This document shows positions 9,830 to 18,735 of a stretch of 64,000 bases of DNA, in pieces; within the stretch, counting starts at the first letter, position 1; the number at the start of each line of letters is the position of its first letter. This stretch comes from a virus. Lineage: Duplodnaviria > Caudoviricetes. The notes beneath the pieces are model-generated. The model searched no databases and was not told the origin of the DNA. It saw only the letters and a program-made list of their open reading frames with translations. The position numbers and the translations under genes are program-made. The stretch covers positions 1-64,000 of the IMG/VR virus record IMGVR_UViG_2939020026_000003. One strand, 5' to 3'.

Positions 9830-9996
9830 GACCGCGCACCCAACGGCCGACGCTTGAGCCAGTCAGCTTTGATCGGGTAGGGCAGGTCAGCAACTCGCAT
9901 GCCGACGGGGTAGGTGATCGTTCCGCGTACCTGGGCGCGGGATTTCACCTCGTCGAGCTGCTCGTCGATCAGGGATTTAACCGGTGCAGTACTCAT
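9826..9996 (-). CDS. Small hypothetical protein (MSTAPVKSLIDEQLDEV...), not in the ORF track
   Basis: ATGA-coupled to the upstream gene; 56 aa. Confidence 0.6.
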   Translation of the reverse strand: MSTAPVKSLIDEQLDEVKSRAQVRGTITYPVGMRVADLPYPIKADWLKRRPLGARS

Positions 9997-10583
9997 GGCG
10001 ACACCTGCTTGCGGTAGCCAGCTTCATGCAGTGCTCCAAACAACACCTCAAGATAACTGTTCGACGTAGGCATAAGATCGTCTGATACAGAATCGAAACA
10101 CTGCTTCATTTCAGCGATCGCCACGCGTCGCTCAATCGCTTCGATCTGCTCGGCGGTGCGGATGGGGCGGAAGTTGACTTGTCCCGGCCCACTCCCAAAC
10201 TCTCCTACCTGCTCCCCTTTCAAATGGGGCGCGTACATGACCACTTCAATTGTCTCTAGTGGTCCGGGATTGGTTACATAGCGGATATCACACTCGAACC
10301 ACGTGCCGCCGCCGACTTGGTACTCGCAAGCTACCCCAACAGGCGGAACGCCTTCGCCATTCCATGGTGCTGGTTTTGGTATAGCTAACCAGTCAATGAA
10401 CGATGCGCAGCCCGCCGTTCCGTATCGGAAGTGGTCACGAGCAACGGAAAAATCTTTTTCCATGGCCCATGCTTCCAGCGCTTTACCATCTGCTACGCGC
10501 CAAAAAACGGGGCGCTGATTTGGGCTGTTTGGCAAAGTTAGATGTGTTGCACCTTCAGGCGCCTTACTCCAGTCAATCGTCAT
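9993..10583 (-). CDS. Hypothetical phage protein (IDWSKAPEGATH family)
   Basis: Common Pseudomonas phage motifs IDWSKAPEGATH and WNGEGVPPVGVACE. Confidence 0.8.
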   Translation of the reverse strand: MTIDWSKAPEGATHLTLPNSPNQRPVFWRVADGKALEAWAMEKDFSVARDHFRYGTAGCASFIDWLAIPKPAPWNGEGVPPVGVACEYQVGGGTWFECDIRYVTNPGPLETIEVVMYAPHLKGEQVGEFGSGPGQVNFRPIRTAEQIEAIERRVAIAEMKQCFDSVSDDLMPTSNSYLEVLFGALHEAGYRKQVSP

Positions 10584-10774
10584 GCCGCTCTCCTTGGTGC
10601 ACACAGAACAGCTTTCCGCTGACGGGCGCAGTAATGGTTGAATTCTTCGAGGGTGATGGCGCCACTCATGAAGTGGGCGGTGATCTGGTCCATCGCCTCA
10701 ACGCCGGAAGGGTCAAGGCTGTCGTATTCGCCGATGGCGTCGAGCATCTTGTCGATGAGGATGTGCGGGCTCAC
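10580..10774 (-). CDS. Hypothetical protein
   Basis: Coupled ORF; GAITLEEFNHYC motif. Confidence 0.65.
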   Translation of the reverse strand: MSPHILIDKMLDAIGEYDSLDPSGVEAMDQITAHFMSGAITLEEFNHYCARQRKAVLCAPRRAA

Positions 10775-11172
10775 AGGTCTGCGTCCTCAAAGTCAGCAAT
10801 GACACCGTCCGCCGCAAGGGGCCGCAAAAGGCCCTCTGCAATTTCAAACAGCTTGCCGCGCGGATGCCCGGTGCCGATCAGGTAACCCGCCAGAGAGCCG
10901 CTGGCCCTGCCGAAGAAGTTGGCCAGCACCAGCTGAGCAAGCAGGTCTTCCTGGTCTTCATCGTCGATCTGGCGCTGGTTCAGGTGATCCTGCAGGGCGG
11001 TCAGGTATTCCGCATGAGTCACCGAACGCTCGGGGTGTCCGCGCCGCTTGAACCTAATATCAGAGCCGTGAATCAGCAGGTCTGAGCTGTTCTCGACCCA
11101 GAGTCGCTGGGGGTTGGTAAGCGCGATATGCGGCGTGCCTGTAGGAGGCAACACCTTTGCTGCTGCGTTCAT
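10771..11172 (-). CDS. Hypothetical protein
   Basis: 133-aa ORF with GGAG RBS. Confidence 0.7.
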   Translation of the reverse strand: MNAAAKVLPPTGTPHIALTNPQRLWVENSSDLLIHGSDIRFKRRGHPERSVTHAEYLTALQDHLNQRQIDDEDQEDLLAQLVLANFFGRASGSLAGYLIGTGHPRGKLFEIAEGLLRPLAADGVIADFEDADL

Positions 11173-11192
11173 GGTGGTCTCCAGGGGATGGG

Positions 11193-11429
11193 TTATGCGG
11201 TGCGGGCAGCGAGCATCGCGTCCGCGATCCTGTAGGCGAAATCAGCAAAGTCTTCAGGCCTCCAGCTATCAAGGTCGGAGTTACCTTTGATCTGCGGGCT
11301 GGACATGGTCCCTTGCAGCGCCTTAGCCGCAAAGTAGTCGCGCAGGGTCATGCCGAAGAAGGTTCCTGTTCCGCCATATTCGCTGCCGGGAACCGGGAAT
11401 GCCGGTTCGCTTTGATCTTTGATCATCAC
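11193..11429 (-). CDS. Conserved small phage protein
   Basis: PAFP...GMTLRDYFAAKALQG...AYRIADAMLAAR motif. Confidence 0.85.
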   Translation of the reverse strand: MMIKDQSEPAFPVPGSEYGGTGTFFGMTLRDYFAAKALQGTMSSPQIKGNSDLDSWRPEDFADFAYRIADAMLAARTA

Positions 11430-11535
11430 TCAATCCTCAGTAACTGAACCCCTTCGACTGAACACTCAAGAACGGATAGAGGCCATACAGGCACCGGAGA
11501 GGGTTCAGTCGGAGAGGTTCGGGGTTTGGGAGGGG

Positions 11536-11682
11536 GCAGATGGCCGGTGCTGATCTCCGGCTTTCGACTGTCCTGACCTTGTTCAGAGCCTGAGCCGTGG
11601 TCGCCACGCTCATGTCCGGCTGGATGCAATGCCGGTATGGGTGCCAGTCAGTTATTGCGCATCAGCCTGCGCATTCATCTGC
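11536..11682 (-). ncRNA. C4-like antisense/tRNA-like RNA (PL side)
   Basis: Closing stem GCAGATG/CATCTGC, plus GCGCAGGCTGATGCGC and GCCGGAGATCAGCACCGGC hairpins characteristic of P1 C4 / P4 CI RNAs. Confidence 0.75.
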
Positions 11683-11887
11683 TTTGTTGCGGTGATGCAG
11701 GGGGCCGCTTTCGCGGTTTGTACTCATCCGCATCGGGGTGTGATCTGGCCAAAGCGCTACCTGCTCGAAGGCTCCGTTCCGTCCTCTGGCACCCTCACTT
11801 GCGGGCTTTCAGATCACACTCCGATGCAGCCTGGCGCTATGACAGGGATCGGGCAGTTTTCGTCAGGCTGACGCTGGCGCTGGTTGT

Positions 11888-12067
11888 TCAGGTGTATTTT
11901 TGAGCGAGCATGGAGTCGGCATCGGCCTTGGTTTTGAACCATTCGATTGCTACTGGAGCAGGCCCGCCGGACTCAGGGTATTTCCGGTCGATTATTTCTG
12001 CTCTGTATCCTTGATCCCGGTAAAACTTTGGAAGCCGCGTCGAAACCACAAATCGTTGCATTGTCAT
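11888..12067 (-). CDS. Hypothetical protein (59 aa)
   Basis: GGAGGA RBS before ATG at 12067. Confidence 0.6.
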   Translation of the reverse strand: MTMQRFVVSTRLPKFYRDQGYRAEIIDRKYPESGGPAPVAIEWFKTKADADSMLAQKYT

Positions 12068-12123
12068 TTCCTCCGTTGATTTCCAATGCCGCCTCATAGA
12101 AGCGGCATCAGTAAATCTGTGGG

Positions 12124-12348
12124 TCATGCAGCGCTCTCGGCACCATCCTCGTCGACGCTGGTGATTTCGCCTTGCGGAGCGAATTTCGCTTTGCTGACCA
12201 GCTGGTAGATACCGATTTCCGTGTACCAAAATTCCGGCTTGGTGCTCAGGTTCTGAGCAACACGCTCGGCCTCTTCGCGAGTCTCGTATCCCAAGTGGCA
12301 GCCGATGTACGCGCACTTGTGGAAGCTGTAGAGCATGAATTTGCGCAT
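12124..12348 (-). CDS. Hypothetical protein
   Basis: GGAG RBS before ATG at 12348. Confidence 0.6.
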   Translation of the reverse strand: MRKFMLYSFHKCAYIGCHLGYETREEAERVAQNLSTKPEFWYTEIGIYQLVSKAKFAPQGEITSVDEDGAESAA

Positions 12349-12393
12349 CTTTATGTCTCCGTTCGATTTTCCGGATGCCCCTGTCTCCAAGGG

Positions 12394-12867
12394 CTATCCG
12401 TGATTAGCGAATTCTCCATGCAGACGTGCCCGAAGCTCTTTTGCTGAGCGCTCAGCTTCGGAAAGGTCGTCGAAGAATCCGCCGTGGTGGATTTTGTAAT
12501 TCAGGCAAACTTGAACGTGCCATTTGCCATTCTTGTTCCGGTAAACGCCCTTTACGCCTGACGTGTTGTTCCTGCGAAGAGGCTGGTTGTGGTTGTTCTC
12601 TTGGTGACTACATTCCCGCAGGTTTGACCAGCGGTTATCGCCAGGCCTGCCGTTGATGTGATCAATTTCGTCCGCAGGCCAAACACCTTTCATGTAGTAC
12701 CAAGCAAGCCGGTGCAGTCGGAAGCTTGATCCTCTAAGAGTGCTTAACAGATAGCCTTTCCTGTCTGGCCTTCCCATTTCCCGACCGCTCGAAAGCCTTG
12801 TAAAAACTCCGCTTCCGGGGTCGTAGTGAGCCAGTTTTAGAAGTGTTTCGTGATCAATGTGCGGCAT
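12394..12867 (-). CDS. HNH homing endonuclease with AP2 domain
   Basis: HRLAWYY, IDHING, DNRWSNLR, NNTSGVKGV, HGEFA. Confidence 0.92.
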   Translation of the reverse strand: MPHIDHETLLKLAHYDPGSGVFTRLSSGREMGRPDRKGYLLSTLRGSSFRLHRLAWYYMKGVWPADEIDHINGRPGDNRWSNLRECSHQENNHNQPLRRNNTSGVKGVYRNKNGKWHVQVCLNYKIHHGGFFDDLSEAERSAKELRARLHGEFANHG

Positions 12868-13173
12868 AAAACCTCCTGCTTTCCACGCGACCCTGCTTGC
12901 AAGCTCGCCTGGAGAGCATCCGACCCACGCTCTGCGGGTCGGCAGTCTCTGAATCTTTCTCTCTGGCCGCGATTCGCTCCGCCAGAACACTATTTTTGAT
13001 CGCTTTACGCTGCGCGCCTTGGGTAGTGGCCACCCATCTGAGCCGTTAAGGCCGACTCATCGCTGCCTTTGAATCTGGGCCGGTGGTTATCCGGCAGGTC
13101 TGGTGAGGTGTGACTAAAGAGCTGCTCGATCCGCTGGGCCTGTTGAGGGGCTGTTTCGCGTCTCGATGGGTGA

Positions 13174-13216
13174 AAATTAGCACTGCTGATAATTGCCTGT
13201 CAACAGCAGTGCTAAT
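13174..13216 (-). promoter_or_regulatory. PL promoter with operators OL (13176-13190, 13202-13216)
   Basis: TTGACA (13203-13198) and extended -10 TGCTAATTT; two sites with an AGCA-N-TGCT palindromic core. Confidence 0.8.
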
Positions 13217-13234
13217 ATATTTTTACGCGCCCAC

Positions 13235-13256
13235 AAAAAACCCGCTCAGTGGCGGG
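13235..13256 (-). terminator. Terminator ending the cI-cargo transcript
   Basis: CCCGC-N6-GCGGG followed by T6 on the minus strand. Confidence 0.7.
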
Positions 13257-13319
13257 CTGTGTCAGATCGGGAGGGGAGGTTCAGGAATGAAAAAGCCCGG
13301 CGCTAAGGCCTGGCTTTAT

Positions 13320-14237
13320 TCACTGTCTTGGTGTGATGGGCAGTTTTAGTTGGACCCCCGAGCGGCGATGCTCGATTACCTCTACAACCTCATGCTCTGC
13401 CTTTAACTGCTCACCGACCATGCTTTTCTTTTCGCGAAGGACGACCTTCAGTAGATCACCTTTTCCAAACCTGGTGTCACCAGCCTCAACCTCATGAAGA
13501 AATCTATCGTCAGAGATCATTGCGTAGAAGGTGGACGATCCATCGAAGAAACGCCATTTGTTTTCATCACGGAAAGCGATGTTGACTAACTGAAGAGTTG
13601 CGATCCGATCGTTTTCCTCCAGGCGCTCTTCCTCCTGCCCTGGTGCTACAAATGTATCAGCCTCCACATCCGAAACAGCTGCGAAATCACCATGAGGTTC
13701 GCGCACAGCAAAATAGTCTATACCGGCGCGCTGTAAAGGCTTATGCACCACATCTTGGAAGGCTTTGCGCAGCTTCCAGTTGCGGAACAGGGCCAGCACC
13801 CTTTCCTCTGTTTCGAAATGATCTTCGTCGCAGAAAATCCTAACAACTCCGTCGCTCATTATCTCGACGTTCGTAATCTTTCGGTTTCTAACCCATTTGA
13901 TCAGCTGAAAAACGCCCTTGGTAGTGGTTCCGGTAAGGCCCAAGATTGTTACCAGGTTCAAAGCAGCTGTCACGGGATTCCCAGCAAACAGGTCCTGAGC
14001 CTGCTGGATAAGACTTTGAGTTACCCCTAAGTCAATTGCAAAACAGCCCGTCTTGAAAGGCCCTTTGACGCTGATTGAGACTTTAGTGCGCCCATCATTC
14101 AGCGTAGCGTTAGCTTCCTCAAATAGATCTCCTAGCGCCAACAAGGCAGGCGCGAGATCACGCACCTCCATTTCATGAGATTGGAGGGCGGGCCCGTCAT
14201 ATACGATTTGAAGTGATGTTTTGCTCATGTCGTCCAT
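13320..14237 (-). CDS. Hypothetical protein co-transcribed with cI (rex position)
   Basis: 305-aa ORF immediately downstream of cI; beta-rich C-terminus; start 14228 or 14237. Confidence 0.85.
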   Translation of the reverse strand: MDDMSKTSLQIVYDGPALQSHEMEVRDLAPALLALGDLFEEANATLNDGRTKVSISVKGPFKTGCFAIDLGVTQSLIQQAQDLFAGNPVTAALNLVTILGLTGTTTKGVFQLIKWVRNRKITNVEIMSDGVVRIFCDEDHFETEERVLALFRNWKLRKAFQDVVHKPLQRAGIDYFAVREPHGDFAAVSDVEADTFVAPGQEEERLEENDRIATLQLVNIAFRDENKWRFFDGSSTFYAMISDDRFLHEVEAGDTRFGKGDLLKVVLREKKSMVGEQLKAEHEVVEVIEHRRSGVQLKLPITPRQ

Positions 14238-14295
14238 TATTGCTTCCTTGCGAGATTCTGTCTATTTAAGGCTGCGACTGCCTGTCCGATAGGTG

Positions 14296-15111
14296 TTAAA
14301 GATCCCCGCCGCGCCAGATCACCCGGCCGACGATCTGATGCTCGTTTGACTCGCTGCTCAGATAGAATCTATCCGGGTGCGCCGCTTTGTCCGTGTTGTC
14401 GCTGCGCAATATCCATTGCTGTAGCGGCGCGCGCACCAGGCGTTTGACCACAGTCCCGTCGATGCCGCTCTCAATCACAAATACGCCGTTATCGATGGGC
14501 TCGACTTGCGAGCTATCGACCAGAAGCACGTCTTGGTCGTTGATTGTCGGCCACATGCTTTCGCCGTCCGCATAAATCACCCGCAGATTTCTGGGCTGAA
14601 GCCCTTTGGTGGCAAGCCATTCCTTTTTGAACGCCAAGGTGCTGCGTATCTCAACGTGCGGGTTGTCGTGGCCTGCGCCCGCTGCCGCCATCGCCGTGTA
14701 TTGGGGGATGAAGGAATAGCTGCTGTCGAGATCAATATGTGGCTCTCCATCCGTTGGCATAGGTGTATTGGCAGAGCCATGCCCAGATCCAGATACCACT
14801 TCAAGATGGTTTTCGGATGCGCGCGCTATCCCATTAGCGAGAGTAGGGCTCACATCAGCCGGCTCGAAATCAAGAGCCTTAGAAAGCCTAATCAGTGCGT
14901 CGAGGTTCAAGGCAACCTTGCCGTTTGCGTATTGGCTGAACGCGCTCTGTGGTGAATTCCAGCCGCAACGCTCCCCAACCTCGGCCTGATTGAGTGGGCG
15001 AGCGCCTGGCTGAGCCTTCGATTCCGCGAGTCGCTTTCTGTAAACAGCCCGCAGTCGCTCTGCATCAGCAAGCTGCCAGTCGGATAGAGGGGTTCTGTTA
15101 GGTTTGGTCAT
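14296..15111 (-). CDS. cI: CI-like repressor (HTH + S24 autopeptidase)
   Basis: HTH QAEVGERCGWNSPQSAFSQY, AG cleavage site, GESM Ser, VVKRL Lys. Confidence 0.93.
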   Translation of the reverse strand: MTKPNRTPLSDWQLADAERLRAVYRKRLAESKAQPGARPLNQAEVGERCGWNSPQSAFSQYANGKVALNLDALIRLSKALDFEPADVSPTLANGIARASENHLEVVSGSGHGSANTPMPTDGEPHIDLDSSYSFIPQYTAMAAAGAGHDNPHVEIRSTLAFKKEWLATKGLQPRNLRVIYADGESMWPTINDQDVLLVDSSQVEPIDNGVFVIESGIDGTVVKRLVRAPLQQWILRSDNTDKAAHPDRFYLSSESNEHQIVGRVIWRGGDL

Positions 15112-15122
15112 GTGCGCGATTA

Positions 15123-15198
15123 AGTAGCAGAGCTGATAGTTAATCAAACAGCACTGCTAATCCTTTCCTTGTTTTTTATAAAACAGCAGTGCTAATAT
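15123..15198. promoter_or_regulatory. OR region: three operators (15123-15137, 15147-15161, 15182-15196) and PR
   Basis: AGTAGCAGAGCTGAT, AACAGCACTGCTAAT, AACAGCAGTGCTAAT match the OL sites; TGCTAATAT extended -10. Confidence 0.85.
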
Positions 15199-15225
15199 CC
15201 AGCCAAACCCATCAGAGATACGCCA

Positions 15226-15516
15226 ATGAAGACCGTAACCCTTGGGGAGTACCTGGCAACTCATGGCACCCAGAGCGACCTCGCCAAGGCACTGGGCATT
15301 CAGCAGAGCGCCGTCTCCCAGATGCACCGATCAGGTCGCACCATCACCATCACTTTGATGGATGACGGTTCGCTATTGGCCAACGAAGTCAGGCCAATTC
15401 CCGCAAGAAATCAGCCGCTTAAACCCATTCATCAGCCACAAGGAAAGAAACATGTACGCCGATCAATCCCACAAACGCGACACGCCACGGAAGGTGCGTT
15501 TCAACAAAACCCTTGA
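15226..15516 (+). CDS. cro: Cro-like repressor (C-terminus possibly extended by a 1-nt deletion)
   Basis: TQSDLAKALGIQQSAVSQM HTH, divergent from cI. Confidence 0.85.
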   Translation: MKTVTLGEYLATHGTQSDLAKALGIQQSAVSQMHRSGRTITITLMDDGSLLANEVRPIPARNQPLKPIHQPQGKKHVRRSIPQTRHATEGAFQQNP

Positions 15517-15652
15517 CCGAATCCTGCATCGCGCTGCCGAGCGGGCCGAGATGCAGCACGCCACCTATCTCTACGAAATGATTGAGTGGGCTGTTGAAAA
15601 CGGGGCAATCGAAGCGCTGAGCAAGGAAGACAAGAAGTCTAGCGCCGCATAG
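15452..15652 (+). CDS. Small ribbon-helix-helix-like protein
   Basis: AAGGA RBS; KVRFN...ILHRAAERAEMQHATYLYEMI pattern. Confidence 0.7.
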   Translation: MYADQSHKRDTPRKVRFNKTLDRILHRAAERAEMQHATYLYEMIEWAVENGAIEALSKEDKKSSAA

Positions 15653-15672
15653 AGGCCCTTTGGAGGTGACTG

Positions 15673-15876
15673 GTGACTGAAATTGATTACGAGCACCTGA
15701 GTGATGGTGCGAAACGGCAGGTTTCGGCCTTTGCATTGAGCAAGGGCCTGAGCATTGCCGAGGCACTCGAGGCAATTGCCATTGAGTTCTTGGCCATGGG
15801 AGGCCCGTCTCAGATGGGGCGACCGAAAGCGAAAGTGTACCAATTAGCCCCTAAAGAGGGCCTCAAGCGTGACTGA
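15673..15876 (+). CDS. Small hypothetical protein
   Basis: GGAGG RBS, GTG start. Confidence 0.65.
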   Translation: MTEIDYEHLSDGAKRQVSAFALSKGLSIAEALEAIAIEFLAMGGPSQMGRPKAKVYQLAPKEGLKRD

Positions 15877-15957
15877 CAGAGGGATTAACGATGCAAAGCC
15901 ATTACCCGGCAAATGGAAATGCAGCCGAGAAACTCGACTACATCTCCTCCCTAATAC

Positions 15958-16188
15958 CTATGGCGAAACTTTCGCCATTCCTTCAAGCAGGCTCTCAATC
16001 GCCGCTTGATGGTGACGCTTCCCGCCAGGCCATGCCGGCTCGTTCGGAAATGCGTCCATTAGCGACTGAGCGTCTCGCTTCAGCAGATCTATATCAATCG
16101 CAGGATTAAGCGCAATGGCTTTGCCAATAAGCATCAGCGCTGAGCAAACGCCAATTTCGAAGGGAGTGATAACGCTTTCTTCTTTCAT
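15958..16188 (-). CDS. Antisense moron, 76-aa hypothetical protein
   Basis: GGAGG RBS before ATG at 16188; opposite strand to the PR operon. Confidence 0.7.
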   Translation of the reverse strand: MKEESVITPFEIGVCSALMLIGKAIALNPAIDIDLLKRDAQSLMDAFPNEPAWPGGKRHHQAAIESLLEGMAKVSP

Positions 16189-16326
16189 GTCCGGCCTCCG
16201 AGGCCTTGTTGTGTGGAAGCAAAAAGCTACCACGGATGCGCCGGACACCAAATCGCAGGCGAAAAAAAACCAGGTTCGCGGCCTGGCTCTTTCAACTGCA
16301 CACACAAGTAAGTTCTGGAGCGAATA

Positions 16327-17133
16327 ATGCCCATTTCCCAACACGTCGTCAACTATGACCGTCCGCACCACGAAATTGCACCTTCGCAAAACATGGCGCG
16401 CACGATGTCATCCCAGGAAATTGCGAAACTGACCAAGAAGCGCCACGACAACGTGAAGCGCCTCATCGAAGACTTGGCGGCGGGCGGTTTTGTCCATCCT
16501 CAATCTGAGGATGAATGGTCTACCGACAAAATAGGCCGTCCGCGCGCCACCCGCATCTACAACGTCAGTGAGCGCGACAGCTACGTCATCGTTGCGCAGC
16601 TTTCACCTGAGTTCACCGGGAAGCTGGTTGACCGCTGGCAGTACCTGGAGAAGAAAGCTCAGGCACCTGTTTTGCCGACCAGCATCAAAGTGGTAGGCGA
16701 GCTGGCAATCATGGAGTGCTTCACGCGCCTCCTGAAGCCGGCGCCATCCAGTCAAATGATGATGCTGACCAAGATCGCCCAGAACAACGGCCTTGATCCG
16801 CAGTTTCTCCCTGGTTACGCCATTGACGCCGCCCCGGACGCCGCTGGCGGATCGTCCATGCCTACCAAGGCTGTCACCGCGCTCATCAAGGACAACGGCA
16901 TAGCCTGCACGGCGCCGGTCTTCAACCTTGCCCTGGAGCGCCATGGCTTCCTCAAGATCATGACGCGCAAGAACTCGAAGCAAGAGGTTGTTGAGTTCTG
17001 GTCCGTGACTGATAAGGGCCTCGCCTACGGCAAGAACCTGACCAGCCCTCAGTCCCCTCGCGAGACGCAGCCCCACTGGTACGTCGATCGCTTCCTCGAA
17101 TTGGCCGGCCTTGTCGGCAAAGGACGTCCGTAA
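16327..17133 (+). CDS. Rha-family regulator / antirepressor-like protein
   Basis: MSSQEIAKLTKKRHDNVKRLI Rha motif; C-terminal VTDKGLAYGKN (KilAC-like). Confidence 0.85.
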   Translation: MPISQHVVNYDRPHHEIAPSQNMARTMSSQEIAKLTKKRHDNVKRLIEDLAAGGFVHPQSEDEWSTDKIGRPRATRIYNVSERDSYVIVAQLSPEFTGKLVDRWQYLEKKAQAPVLPTSIKVVGELAIMECFTRLLKPAPSSQMMMLTKIAQNNGLDPQFLPGYAIDAAPDAAGGSSMPTKAVTALIKDNGIACTAPVFNLALERHGFLKIMTRKNSKQEVVEFWSVTDKGLAYGKNLTSPQSPRETQPHWYVDRFLELAGLVGKGRP

Positions 17134-17927
17134 TGGCCGGAGATTGGATCAAAATGCGAATCGACCTTCAGACGCATCCGAAAGTTTTCCGCATGGTGTC
17201 CGCATTGAAAGCGGACAGATTGCGGGTGATTGGCGGACTGCATGTCGCCTGGAGCATCTTTGACACTCATTCTGCTGATGGCGTGCTGCACGGTTATGAC
17301 TGCGGCACTATGGATGCTGTGATCGGCTGGCCGGGCTTCACCGAAGCCATGATCGCCGTGCAGTGGGCCTCTATCGACGACACTGGAAGCCTTGTAATGC
17401 CTCGCTTTGACGAGCACAACGGCACCAGCGCCAAGCGTCGGGCGAACGACAACGAGAGAAAACGCGCTGCTCGCAAGCCTGATTCTGTCCGCAATTTGTC
17501 CGCTAGTGATGCGGACGTTTTGCGGACCAGAGAAGAGAAGAGAAGAGAAGAGAATATAGATCAAGATCAAAAGCTCTCTTCGCAGGCTCAGAGCGACGAT
17601 CTGTTCCCGAAGTTCTGGAAGCTCTACCCGAACAAGAAGGGCAAGGCGGCTGCCGAGAAGGCGTGGAAGAAACTCAAGGTCACTGACGACCTGTTCACCC
17701 TGATCGCCCAGGGCCTGGCCAAGCAATGCGCCTCTCTGGCCTGGACCAAGGATGGCGGCCAGTTCATCCCGCACCCGGCCACCTGGCTCAACGGCAAGCG
17801 GTGGGAGGACGAGGTTCAGCCTTTCAGCAACGTGCACCAGTTCCCGCAGTCGCGCCACGCCGGCTTCGACACTCGCGATTACAAGGCTGGTTTGACGCCG
17901 CGCGGGGATGGCACCTATGACTTCTGA
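17133..17927 (+). CDS. Phage replication initiator (lambda O analogue)
   Basis: MAGDWIKMR, FWKLYPNKKGKAAAEKAW, PHPATWLNGKRWEDE; internal iterons. Confidence 0.88.
   Translation: MAGDWIKMRIDLQTHPKVFRMVSALKADRLRVIGGLHVAWSIFDTHSADGVLHGYDCGTMDAVIGWPGFTEAMIAVQWASIDDTGSLVMPRFDEHNGTSAKRRANDNERKRAARKPDSVRNLSASDADVLRTREEKRREENIDQDQKLSSQAQSDDLFPKFWKLYPNKKGKAAAEKAWKKLKVTDDLFTLIAQGLAKQCASLAWTKDGGQFIPHPATWLNGKRWEDEVQPFSNVHQFPQSRHAGFDTRDYKAGLTPRGDGTYDF
17486..17556. repeat. Probable replication origin: TGTCCGC/GCGGAC iterons plus AGAAG purine repeat
   Basis: TGTCCGCAATTTGTCCGCTAGTGATGCGGACGTTTTGCGGAC followed by AGAAG repeats inside the initiator gene. Confidence 0.65.
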
Positions 17928-18735
17928 ATCCCTGAGTCTGGACCTGACCGTGCACGACCTTGAGCGCCGCTTCGGTGTTGTCTCCAAGCAAGCGGCCGAG
18001 TGCCCGACGCATGGCGCCTATGCCGCAATCATCCGCAAGAACGCCGATACAGCCTCTGGATGCCCCGGCTGCGCCGCCGACGCGCAGCTGAGACGCGATC
18101 AGGACGAACAGCGTGCGATGTATGCCCGAATTGCAGAAGAGCGTCTGGAGCGCAAGCTGGGGGCCTCGATGATCCCGAAACGGTTCATGGGGAAAACCTT
18201 CGCTGACTTCCGCGCCGAAACGCCCGAGCAGAAAGCCAACCTCGCCAAGTGCGTCGATTACGCCCAGTCGTTTCCAAAGCACCTGGACGAGGGTCGCTGC
18301 ATCGTCATGACCGGCACGCCCGGTACTGGCAAGACGCATCTGGCCGCAGCAATCGCTGGTCACATCATCGCCCACCACAACGCGACAGCCGTGTATCGCA
18401 CCGTCGGCGGCCTGCTGCAGTACATCAAGGGCAGCTACGGCGACCGTGCCGAGTACACCGAGAAGGAGGCATTCGCCAGCCTGATCGACCCTTCGCTGCT
18501 GATCATCGATGAGGTGGGCGCCACCAAGCCGACCGAGTTCGAACTGGCGACCTTGTTCGCTGTGATCAACGGACGTTACGAGGAGCAGCTGCCCACCATC
18601 GTCATTTCCAACATCGACGCCAAAGAGCTGGGCGCGGTGCTGGGTGATCGCAGCGTGGATCGGCTGAGAGAGGGCCGCGGTATTGGCCTGGTATTCGAAG
18701 GCGCCTCTGAGCGCAGCAAGCGGAGGGCATCGTGA
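17917..18735 (+). CDS. DnaC/IstB-like helicase loader ATPase
   Basis: CPTHG..CPGC Zn site, GTPGTGKT Walker A, LLIIDEVG Walker B, DRLRE. Confidence 0.92.
   Translation: MTSESLSLDLTVHDLERRFGVVSKQAAECPTHGAYAAIIRKNADTASGCPGCAADAQLRRDQDEQRAMYARIAEERLERKLGASMIPKRFMGKTFADFRAETPEQKANLAKCVDYAQSFPKHLDEGRCIVMTGTPGTGKTHLAAAIAGHIIAHHNATAVYRTVGGLLQYIKGSYGDRAEYTEKEAFASLIDPSLLIIDEVGATKPTEFELATLFAVINGRYEEQLPTIVISNIDAKELGAVLGDRSVDRLREGRGIGLVFEGASERSKRRAS

Noticed and set aside
17529-17556. AGAAG microsatellite as a phase-variation tract
   Set aside because: Typical purine-rich origin linker (REEKRREE) in phage initiator genes; the frame is intact
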